A stretch of 64,000 bases of DNA from Raillietiella orientalis (taxonomy: Eukaryota), in NCBI GenBank assembly GCA_036172245.1, contig JAYWIR010000012.1, forward strand, positions 372,001 to 436,000, written 5' to 3'. A program made the position numbers and the translations under genes. Numbering within the stretch: the stretch's first letter is position 1; every line of letters begins with the position of its first letter. The notes under the pieces are model-generated. The model had not been told where the DNA came from. It saw only the letters and a list, made by a program, of their open reading frames with translations, and did no database searches. Shown piece by piece: positions 23,991 through 34,649 of the stretch.

Positions 23991-24699
23991 TTTGTACTTA
24001 GGGGACGGGCGGAGATGATTTGCAGCCGCCGAAGTATCGGGAGTCAACCAGGCAGCGGTCCGTGGGGACCGCACCGGCTCGCCGTCTTTTGCCCCGTCCA
24101 AACGGCAAGAAGAAAAGACCGAGGTGGCGACCGCAGACAATGAAGTCATGACTTGAGGGAAACGTCAAGCGTCGGTGATGGGCAACGCTCGAGCAGAGGA
24201 TGGACGCTCAGCTGGGAAACACACACACAAAAGTGTACAGAGTTTTCTGGAAGCAGTTTCTGTGTGCATGTAAGTGGGGAGCAGTGGCAACCAATCAGAG
24301 GATTCGAATGGGGCTGAAAACGGAGGAGGTCTTGGGGTAGGAGCCAAAGTACTTGGCGACGTACGCGCAGCCTCTATGAGGCATAACATTCGACCCTTCT
24401 GCCCTTTTCGAGATGGCCGCGAGAGATGGTGACGTTCTCTGTCTGTTCGGGCAGCTCAGGCGCGTAACCTTGGCAGCGAGTCTTGATTGCTCCGAGGACG
24501 GACCGCAGGTTTGTTTTCGTGCTGATCCCAGGAGGAAGACGGGCAGTACCGCGCGGCGGGCGCAGACGCAACACGGATTCTTCGGTGCGCGAAGAAGCAG
24601 CTCCTCCTCCTCCTCGTCGGTGAACGAGCGTCGTCTTCGAAGACGTCCAACCTCTCGTCCTGCTCCTGGTCTCCCGCCCTCCTGCCTGTTGGGCGGACG

Positions 24700-25100
24700 A
24701 TCGACTGCCTGACCCTACAACCACGCCTTCTGGAAGCTTAAAAACCACACAGACCACGACTCCTCATCACAAACACCTTTACTTGTATTTCATTGCCCAC
24801 AGCCACGATCAAATGGTTGCGCAGCAACGAATGAAAGTGGTGACATCCCCACTGTCTTCTCAGTCCATTTGATCGCATGACGAAGAAAAGATTCTTAAGC
24901 GTTTCTTCGGTTAAGGAGCCCACAAACTTCCTGCTTTCAATACGAAAGGAACATTCATCTCCTGCTCCTCCTTTCTCCCTCCCTTCCCTGGAACATCAGG
25001 TGCCACCTTGCCGGAGCGGAATAAGGAAGGCAGTAGCCGGGTGGCAAAATGGGATTTCTCCTGAGAGGCAGCAAGAGCAAGGAACCCCCAAGTCGGCACG
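24700..25100 (-). mobile_element. Decayed CR1-like reverse transcriptase remnant
   Basis: PSLFRSG...PG (P.FK.G...PGN), SNGLRRQWG (N.L...Q.GF) and FLSFQKAW (FLDF.KAF) in order. Confidence 0.55.
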
Positions 25101-25434
25101 CCAGCTGGCCGGCGCAGCGACCAGGGAGTCCACCTCCAGGGACCAAAGTGCCCCCGGAATGGTGATCCCCTTGAAGGAAGTCGTGGTTCCCCAGTGCACA
25201 CGCAGGCTGCCCTCCCTCAGGTAGTGGGCAGTTGGCACACGGCAGCGCTGCTTTTTTGCATCGGGCTCTCCCGCTGCTTCCGTGACTCTTCTCGGCCTCT
25301 TTGGCTGAGATCAAAGCTCAGTGACGCTTCAGTGACATCCAGTGAAATCCTTCTTCCCTGTCTTCGCTGTTTTCATTCCAGGTTTTTTGGTTCGTGGAGG
25401 ATCTCAGGAACCGTCGCGCCCCTGGCGGCGGCTC

Positions 25435-26142
25435 ACGCAGCTCTTTGACGCTATTCTACGTCACCCGAGGGTGCGTGTAATTCTTCAAGATCCGGGGTAT
25501 CCCGGGAGGGACCCTCCCTATGAATCCAGAAAGGGCCCGGAGTCCGTTCCTCTCACCCCTGGGGAGGGGACGCTGGAGTGGAGATCACCTCCACCCTGTT
25601 TGTCTCCTAAGGGAACCCCAAAGGGAAATCTTCCTTATTCTCTCTGGAGGGACCCCCGGAAGGGTCTGCTTCATTTTCTTTCCCTCCGAAGGAAACCCAC
25701 AAGACTGGAAAGTTTAGTCCTCCGAAGTGAGCCCCGAAGGGACGCTTCCGAAATTCAGAAGGGTGCTGCTTTCCCGATGGTATCGGTTCGATTCTCTGCA
25801 TTCCCTGGAGAGGTGGCGACACCTGCTCCATCAGTACGATGCGGAGGGTCTCCCTCGAAGGGGGGTCTGCTCCTTTGCATAACCAAAAGGGAGCCCCGAA
25901 AGGCTCCTTAATGTCCTGGTAGAACCCGAAGATCGACTCTCAATCCCGGTTGCTCATCGGGAGCATCCGGTTTGAACCTTTACCAGTGCCGCACCCGAAT
26001 GAATGTAAGCCAACCAACGTCATTTTGCAGGAAGAAATCGGACCCACGATTCACCCGCATCTCTCGGAGTCGATCCTTTTCGAGTATTTGGACCCGCGAC
26101 GTCTGGTGGTGCAGTGCGCGGAGACCGCAGCCACGTGGCCTC
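25435..26142 (-). mobile_element. Full-length tRNA-headed SINE-like element (copy 6)
   Basis: Reverse complement ggccacgtggctgcggtctccgcgc...cctgcaaaatgacgttggttggc...cgggtgcggcactgg...caccctcgggtgacgtagaatagcgtcaaagag. Colinear with copy 7. Confidence 0.9.
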
Positions 26143-26169
26143 TGAAGCGCTTCAGTGACATCCGCTGGC

Positions 26170-27700
26170 GCCACTGAAGCAAGGAAGAGCTCCCCTTCGA
26201 ACGTCTCCGACTGCGGAGGAGTGGAATCGCGTCCTCATTCAACCGTCCACCACGGCTGGACACCTCTAGGGGCGTTCGTACTGCACCCCAGGGACCTGTT
26301 TCGACTCTTCTCTTCTGACTGATTGCCGTCTGTCTCAGGCGCCGCGACGATACTCTGGAGGCACTGAAACGGGTCCCGTCACGCATTGGTGCAAGAACAA
26401 AGAAAAGAGTTGCTTGCCAACGGTGGCTTGACTGATGCTGACACCAGGACTCTTTAGGGTGATGGATGATGAAAATTCCTACCCCCTTCCGGATGTCCTC
26501 TCTCTTGGTGCAACAAGGTCTCTTCTTGAGGATTTTTCGCACGCCCATCTCATTGGTTCCAGGTCGCGAACGATTCCGAGCCGAACACTCGCTCTGGAGC
26601 CACGTCAACGCTTTAAGGAGGAAAGGGAAAGGAGGAAAAGTAGGAAGGGAGGAGGATGTTACGATCTCGTTATCTGCGCAACCTTGCTTTATCTGGAATC
26701 CTCCGCAGGTGCTGCCGATTTCTCGAGGAGAAGAGCGATGTCCGTATTGTGGAAAACCACCATCCGCCTTGGGGCACCGAGTCGGTCGAAGTCTCAGGTC
26801 GGCTCGCAGGGGTTGGCTGGCTGGGGACCGCCCCTCGATGCGGGCTACCGCCCTGCCCCCCTAGGCGCCCGGAAAGGAAGCAGCATCCAGCGGAAGGCAG
26901 GAGACGCACGTTTCCGATGACCCCTCATCTCGAGCTTCACGGCTTCTTCGCATTCTTGTATCATTCAGTTTTCTGTCCCCTTTTCCTTCCTCCTTTCCCA
27001 GGCCCCAATGTGGACGACACGAGAGTCGGTGGTATCCCCTCCGGGCGTTGGAACTCTTGCGGAACCCAGCGGCCGGCTTCGTTCGGTCACTATGCTTGTT
27101 TGTCCTCGCGCCCTTGCCTCAGCTGATTTTGGGTGACCATCTTCCTTCCTAAACCCTCCGTTTTCGCGGACCCGGAAGCAGAGCTGCGTCACTGTGGACA
27201 GGCGTTGCGCTGCCCCCGATGAAACGAAAGTCAGCGCTAAATGCGACTTGCGTCGCCGAGTCGCGCGCAAACTGTCCGGTTGCGTGACCACTAACTGCCC
27301 AGATGCCAACTCATCTTTCGAGTGCCTCCGGGCTTTGAAACCTTCTCGTCCTTCAGCTTCCTCAACGGAGTTTCTGGCAGGAAGAGATTCCATCCTCCCA
27401 CAACGGCTTCCGATTTCGGCGGATTTCCCACGAAGGTTGCTTCTCCAGCTGGTCTCCAGGAGGCGCTTTCTTTTGCACCCTGGAGAGCTTGCCTCTCCGG
27501 CGTCATGGAATTCCCTTTGAACCTCAGTGTGACCTCTGAGAGTGGGGCACGAGCGGCAGACACGGCCAGCCTGAGCTCCATTCGGAACAGGGTCGCGTCT
27601 CTGTTTCGTCTGGTCGTCAGGTGGCAAGATCGAGCTCGGGTCATGTTCTTTGCGCCCACCTGCAGACGTCTCTCGGCAAGAAACCTCTCCGAAGGGGGGC
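26170..27700 (+). mobile_element. Decayed Ty3/gypsy integrase (H2C2 zinc-binding region plus core)
   Basis: Ordered motifs LDTSRGVR (CDTSTG.PR), IGARTK..QRW (HPG.R.T...RF.W), DARF..HLELHG (DARF.H.H.D.VG), VDDTRVGGIP (DRFTRWPEA.P), VTVDR (ITTDRG), TTNCPDANSSFECLRALK (TT.YHP.ANG.VER.HR.LK) and LVSRRRFLLHPGEL (LV.G..L.LPGEF). Confidence 0.75.
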
Positions 27701-27849
27701 GGACGAACAGGAACGCGACTCCCACGGTTACCTCCGGATCTTTGAGGACAACGGCGAGGTGGTTGGAGGAACTTTCCAGTATTCGAAGAATGAAGAGGAC
27801 TCCAGGATGTGACCTCGTTTTTTGGCTCCACGGAACGTGAAAGACTCAC

Positions 27850-28140
27850 TTCCCTACCGAGCGCAGGAGAATGAGAGCGAAACGCCCATCGGCCAAGGAT
27901 GCCTCCCAGTTCACACACCTTCTGCACTCCTCCTTCGAAGCTTTCTGGATTCATAAGGTGGTTCCTACGGGGTCATCCTATCACTGAAGAGTAACACGTA
28001 CCCTCGGGTGCGGTAGACAGCGTTAAAGAACTTCGAGAATTCCTCCAAAGAGAGAACGGTTCTTCAGCACCTGAGGAACCAAAACGAAAAAAAAAGGGGA
28101 AGGAAATCAGCGAAACAGAAGAACTCCGAAGGATCTCCCT
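27850..28140 (+). mobile_element. SINE-like element 3' fragment
   Basis: ttccctaccgagcg...ttctggattcataaggtggttcctacgggg...accctcgggtgcggtagacagcgttaaagaac. Confidence 0.8.
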
Positions 28141-28144
28141 TGTC

Positions 28145-30000
28145 CTAGGCCGATAGTAACGATGTCCCCGTGGGGCTGCCACAGACCTTTAAAACAGGAA
28201 AACAAAAAAAGGGACCTCTAGTCAGTCGGGTAGTTAACCGAGGTGCCTCCTGGACCTCAGCGAATGCGGTGGGGGTCTGCATCCTTTCGTGAATGCACGC
28301 GTTCTTGACTGCCTGGTGGCAGTCAAGAACGCGTGCATTTCTGAATGCCTTTCTGAATGTTTTTTTGGCACGCCCCGCGCCGCTGGGTGCAGGCAGAAAA
28401 TTCCTCCTTGTAGGTACCGATGGGCTGTCTCCTACGAGTGCGTCTTCCTGATATCGATGAGGATGCAGCTGGGCGATTCGCTCCCTCGACGATGAAATAC
28501 CCCCTAAGGGTGAGGAAAGTCGGGTACTCTCTGCTGCATCTCTGCTGCAGCAACAACTAGGCAAGACTGATAAATCCGTGGTCGATGGTTGCCTTAAAGT
28601 TCTGACCTCGCTAGATTTAGCCGTGGTGAAAAGGAACCATGCTCGGTGGTTAAAAAAAAAAAAGAAGGAAGGTTGAGAACATTCAAGGGCGGCATCCAGA
28701 GCGTCTGGATGATGCACATGCAGGCATCCTGTCGGCACAGGTAACCTGAAGAGAATGGGCAGGAAACAACCTTTGGAGTTTCAACTTTCGGCCGTCAGAT
28801 GGTGCTGAAAACGCCCCTTACGTGTCGTGCACGATCCAAGGCGAGGGAAGCCTGGATTTCACTCGCGAACGAAAGCGCGGAGACCAAGGAAAAGACGCGC
28901 TCCAGAGCGAAGGATAGCAGGCTATGCTAGACCTCCCATCTTTCACCCTTTGGATGCTCAGTAGTGAATGGCGCTGGAAGGTCCAAGACAGCGGAAGGAA
29001 AGGAGACACGGAGGATTGGCTCCAGTGAAGTGGGGCTGCGATCGCGAAATCGATGGGCCACAGAAGACTTATCGAGAGGTGAATTGATGAAAAAACTCAA
29101 GCAGCACACGAGGAAATGGCGCCCTCCCGAACAGCAATCACCCCCGTGACACAGGACGGCCACCGATCCGCGTGCGAACCTCGAGGCATCCTCGACCGTT
29201 GGGCGTTTCTCTCTCATGCAACTACGAAGCGTAACGACGAGCTGATCAAGACCAAGTAAGGAGGATGACCTTTGACCTGTGCTATCGGCCCGCCTCCAAT
29301 CAACGCGTCCCTGGGACGGGCTCCCACAGTCTGGCTCGCCTCAGGAGCTGCAAACTGGATAAGATGTCAGGAGGTCAGTCAGGATGCTAGGAGGTCCAAA
29401 TACAACTGGGCAAAGCAAGTGGAAGTAGCACCACGATCTTTCCTCCCGTGTCTCCTACATCCGACAGGTGTAATGACCCTCTACGCCACTGAGTCTCCCA
29501 TGAAACAGGAAAAAAGTCAGTCACCCTCTTTTCCAGTGTGGCGACCACCGCCCTTCCAGATAACCATAGGAGAAGGTGGTCACTGACCGTTTCCAAATCC
29601 TCGCTGCTAGTCCGCAGGATGGGAATTCAAGTGCAACCCAGGGGGGCCGATGTGAAGTCGACTGGATCCTCGCCTCTCTTCCCCTGAGTAAGGACCGAGC
29701 AGTGCGGACTGCCGCACGCCGCGCCATGCTAGCATCACAGTTCCTTGATCCGCTTCGTGGTAGCTCTCTGTCCCAGAGGAGCTGCCGTAGACGGAGCACT
29801 GGTAACTAAGGTCGCGACTGGAGCCAAAAAAGAATTCAAGAGGATGCCCTTTGCTCGCTGTATCCTAGGGGATGCTCCAGGAAATTCCCGTCCTGCGTGC
29901 CAGCGGCGAGGATTCGGAAAGGTGAGAGACCTCCCTTAGCCTCTGGTCATCTGAAGCGGTGGTCATGGCCATCCCTTTAGGTTAAAAACGGTCCTCAACA
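28145..30000 (-). mobile_element. Decayed Ty3/gypsy reverse transcriptase plus RNase H
   Basis: Minus-strand ordered motifs FPNPRR (P.F..PRRL), KRSVTTFSYGYLE (KTA.TT..G.YE), ATLEKRVTD (ATFQR.MD), LYLDLL (YLDD), PDALDAAL..SQ (DAS..A.G..L.Q) and HSRKDADPHRI (GKDN..ADALSRI). Confidence 0.6.
28292..28339. repeat. Perfect 22-bp inverted repeat with a 4-nt loop
   Basis: aatgcacgcgttcttgactgcc-tggt-ggcagtcaagaacgcgtgcatt. Confidence 0.97.
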
Positions 30001-30078
30001 GCATTGCCTCCTGAAAGTCTGCAGTACCAAATGCGAGAACATCAGCCGAGACAAGGAAACGCAGAATTTCTTGAGCTC

Positions 30079-30240
30079 CTAACCTAATCTAACCTCATCT
30101 ACCTATCCTCGCTTCACCCAACCTTACCTAACCTCACTTCACCTTACCTCAATTCACCAAAACTTACCTCACCCCACCTAGTTTCACCTCACCTCACCTC
30201 TCTCCTCGCTTCACCAACCTCACCTAAGCTAAAATAAGGA
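30079..30240. repeat. Degenerate (AACCT/CACCT)n pentanucleotide repeat, complement of TTAGG-like units
   Basis: taacctaatctaacctcatctacct...accttacctaacctcac...cacctcacctcacctc. Confidence 0.85.
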
Positions 30241-33200
30241 ATGAGGTTAAGTGACATGCGGAATGGATGGTGAAAGACCGGAACGCTAGTCGCACAGAGG
30301 AGTCTGGACATGCCCTGAGAGGTGGCAGAATTCCATCTCTCCCGAGACTCGATGGGAAAAGGTCGGGAGCGAACCGGTCGAGGAGAAGTCATGAGGTCGT
30401 GTATTCCCGTTTGGCTTCACTCCTCCACATGCACGTCTTCCTTTCCGTCTCATCAAGAGATCCATCTGCTTGCTGCTGGTCAGCTGTACTTCCGCGATGA
30501 GTACCGCGGCTACGAGGGAGCTCAGCCCTGAAGCATCCGATCCGGATCACGGTGAGGTCGTCGTTGGAGATCCCCTCCGTCCCGCCTTGACTGCTGATGC
30601 CGTCGATAATTTTCCCGATGCCCATTTTGAGTTGGACTCCTCCCCCCCGCTTCGTGGGCCGGGTCCGTCACCCTCAAACTCGATCCTTCCCCTGCTTCCA
30701 GCCAATCAGCACGCTCCCTCCACGGACCAGCCTTTCGCTTGATGACCACCTCAGAGGAAAGCAAACTTCTGGTGGATTCTCAAGACTGGGGATAACTTGC
30801 ATGGCTGCTCCGTTTCGACTGGGGATGGTCGGAACCCGTGGCGCTGACCCAGGTCGCCACTCCGCCTGAAGCCAATGACACCGTGTTCTTTGGCAACTTC
30901 TCTCGCTGTTGCCGATAATGAAGACTTGCAAGGAAGAATCGTGCATTCTCGATAGAGATCCGTGCTCTTCGGGTCGGCGGGATGCGCCTCCGCAGCTTCA
31001 GCCCGCTGGTTGTGGGGCGGCTGCCTCACAGCGATGCGGAGGGGACCGCCTACGAGAGATCTCTTCTAGGTCCTCCGAACGCTGTGGAGGAAAGGATCTA
31101 GACTTCCAGACTTTGGGAGCCTTCGTTTTCTCCCCAGCACGTGGAAGCAAAGCAGCCACGTGTTGGGGAGAACCCGGAGCAGGAGGGCGAGGAGCAGCGG
31201 ACCGGGAACCAGCTTCTCGATTTTTCGGGATCGAGCGCAGCGGGCTGCGAACTCGATCCCAGGGGATCCGGAGGCTGGAGATCTTCAGTCGGGTCAGCAG
31301 CTATCCGCTGTCCGTGGCAGCTTTCTCGAAAGGGCCCAGGCGGCGAGGAACGCGAGGCTTCGGGTTTCCTTCCCGACGGCGGTGCGGTCAAACAGCAAAG
31401 CAGTCTTGTGCCGCCCTCAGCGAAAGACCGCTGCTGCCATCTCGAAGAGCGCGTCCTTCGCTCCCTGGAGAAAGGCTTTCCACCGATAGACCCAGGTTGG
31501 CCGCGCGAGAGACGGCGGCGGCCCCATCTCGAATGCGAAGAGAGTCCGGCCACCTCCACTGCTTGCGAGAAAGGAGGCACGGAGTGGAGATCGACGGTTC
31601 TACCTGCTCGACAGAGTGCCTCGGCTTGTCCGCGTAGCTGACAAAAGAGTGCAGCTCGGAACCGCAGTAATAGCACCGCGGTGTGCTGCAGTTTCTTCTC
31701 GACTTTGGACGCTGATCTCTAACGGCATCTACGGTGCCAATCTCCGGGGTCCGCGGCGCTAATCAGCTGCTCTGGGAGATCTGCAGAGTGGATTCCCAGG
31801 TTCTGCAGCGCTGATCTCCGAGGTCTGCGGTGAGTTCTCGGGTGCTTTTCTGATAGAGATCTGCTCATTCCCATTGGTGATGATGATTTCGATGATTTTC
31901 ATCTCCAAAGAAGAGTAATGTATTCTAGAAGAATGACTACGGAAATTCCGGCGCTCGTGCTGTGGAAGCGCCGGTGGACGAGGTGACGTAGCCACTGGCG
32001 CGCTTCCAGGAGGTACCCAGGGGCGCTCGCAGACGTGAGCAGGGTGAGTTAACTGGCGGGGTGAGAGAAGATGTGGGCAAGAAAGAGAGACCAGGATCGT
32101 CCTGGTCACCGTTCAGTGCAGGTCGAAGAGCGTCGGCTGGGAGGCCGAAGCCGTAGGTGTCGCTGCGTGGCTGTCCCGCCGTGCGAAGAACTCTCTTCGT
32201 GCGGATCACATCCTGGAGCATCAAGGGGATTCTCTTCCCAGGCGATCAGAAAAAAAAAACTCAGCCTCGAAGGCTCTTTCGACCAGAGGCGAGTCGTTGG
32301 CCGGGAGGTCCAGATGACCATGGTGGGAGCGCCTTTAGCCGTCCTCCTGGATGGTCGTGTCTGTCCGAAGTCAAACCACAAGCTCAAGCAGCCGTCCAGA
32401 GCTTGGAGACAGAGAGAGAGAGCTGCTTCAACTACTCCGGAAGAACGGTGCGGATGCAGAGAGGATGCATCTGGGTGCGCGCCTTTCGGAGAGTCCAAAA
32501 AACGGGAGAGCCAAGAAAAGAAAGCAGGAAAACAACAACAGCAAAAAAAACCAAAGGCGGAGAAAGAGATCTTGCATCCTTTTGCTTCACCTGAAGGATG
32601 TTGCTTCACATCGAGAACACCACGCCGTAATCAATATTTCAACCCCCAATAGTGGGCACTTCGCTATTTTTTTTTTTTGTTTTATTGATTTATTTTCGCA
32701 TAAAATTTTAAACACAGTGGGATGCTGTACTTTATTACTAATACCAAGCATCATTTCTACTGTTATTTCTTGTCGGCGTTTTGTTCCCCGCATTTGTGCG
32801 GACGCAGTTGATGGCTACTCTTAAATAAGCATGAGAGTTCTTTCCGAGGTTGCTTTATTTCGTCTTTCCTTTTTATTTTTCTTTCTTTCTTTCTTTCTTC
32901 TTCTTCTTTTTTTCTTTTTTTTTTAATAGACATTCCTTCACGGCTGCTAATGAAATCCGCTTTCATGATGCCAGTGTCTGCTTTCTGCATTCTTCGCAGC
33001 GCGGAGAAAGTTGAACCGCGATAAGAGAGTTCTTTCATTTGCAAATGCAATTATCAAAGCCTTTCTCAATTCTCCGTTGGACAAGAAGGATGCGGGGGGG
33101 GGGGAAGGGAGGAGGAGGAGAAAGGGGAAATCCAGGATTCGCGGAAACCTCACGGTGCTGGAAGCGGCTCGAGGGAAACGAGCAGGAAGAGAAAACGACC

Positions 33201-34649
33201 GCGCGCGGCGCGATTTCTGTGGGTGCCGCCAGTCAGCGCCTCGGGTCGGTACGAAGGCAGACATCTAGCGGGCTGGAGAGCAACGATCCCGCCGCTGCAC
33301 CGAATGGAGCCATTTGGATTTTCGATAGAGCAGACCGCTGCCACCTTTCGCGAAAGGAAATTTTTGTGTATGTGTGTGCGTGTGTGTGTGGGCGGCAGGC
33401 ACGAGGACGAACTTTCCCTTGTGGCGCACCCTGGAGGGTGGATACCGCGGCGTTCCTTTCGCTCCAAAGAAAATGGAGTGGACGTGATCCTAAGCGAAAA
33501 TCTTCCGGAGCAAGTCCCTCTCCCGCCGCTGCGCTCCCGTTTGGGAGATTGGGTTTCAAGAAGGCAGCTGGGTCCTCCCTCCCCCCCCCCCCGACCGATA
33601 CCCGCACCGGGCGGCGTTCGTTCGAGTTCGCGGGACCTCGTTTTCGAGAAGCTCCCGAAAGGTTTCCTCCGGAGGAGCGCGGTGCTCTGGGAAGTCTTGG
33701 ATTTCTCCTGAAGGCAGCGAGGAAGCAGCAGCCGCTAGGGGGATACTTTTCTCTTCCAGGCCTGCAACCCGACACCAGCCGGGAGCCCTCCCGAGCCGCC
33801 GATGGGAGCGATGATGAGTTGCCACACTTTCGGAGTGCTGCTAACCCGAGCCGACTCTTGCCCTGTAGGGAGGGAACAGGTCATGTTGCAGCTCTTTGGC
33901 TTTCTCTCTCTGATGCCTGCGCAACCGGCGGCTCCCGGGCTCCGAGTCCGCGGCGCTGATCTCCAGGGAAGAATTTTCCCTGCAGCTCCAATCGTTCCGT
34001 CCGCAGCCGGTTGGCCCTTCGAGTCCCCCACCCGCCCTCCCACTTTCTCTCCGGTTGTTTCGGCCGGTCTTCTCTGCAGAGCAAGGTCAACTCTTCCTGC
34101 CTGCTTAGGGTCCAATGTCCGCGCCCCCTCTGGGTCCAGAGACAACCTGGAATAAGCAGCGCCTATTCACGGGAGTCCGACAAGGACAAGACATGGGTTG
34201 AGGCAGCGTCTGTAAAGGTCTCCAGGCAATGAGAGCGACCGACAGGGCGTCTGGAAGGGCAGGAAATCGGGCACCCAGCGCTGGGCATGTCTGAGGCGTG
34301 CACGGCGGCGACATGGCACTTCCCCGATCGGGAAGCCTCCCAGCGCAATGGCGAACCACTCGCGGCCGCTTCCTACCGACCGGAAGACGAGCGCGGCTCC
34401 CTTCGACTACGAGGAGCACTTGCGAAGGCGTACGTGCAGCGCTGTCGCCGGGAGGCGCTGCCATCTGGCAAGCCTTCTCCGCGAGCAGCTTGGAAACTCG
34501 CAGCTCCTCGGAGGCGACCGCTCCTTCCGGCACCCACCAGGGCGGTAAAGGGAGCAGCGAGGAGAGAGGTGCGCAGTCGAGGTCACCGCCGGCGAACAGA
34601 CGATGGCGAGACCTCACCAGGCGGCGCCACCAGCTGAGGGCAAGGGCGC

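Noticed and set aside
26700..26800. YCGK...LGHRV as a Penelope GIY-YIG motif
   Set aside because: It sits in register within an ordered series of gypsy integrase motifs, which explains the region better.
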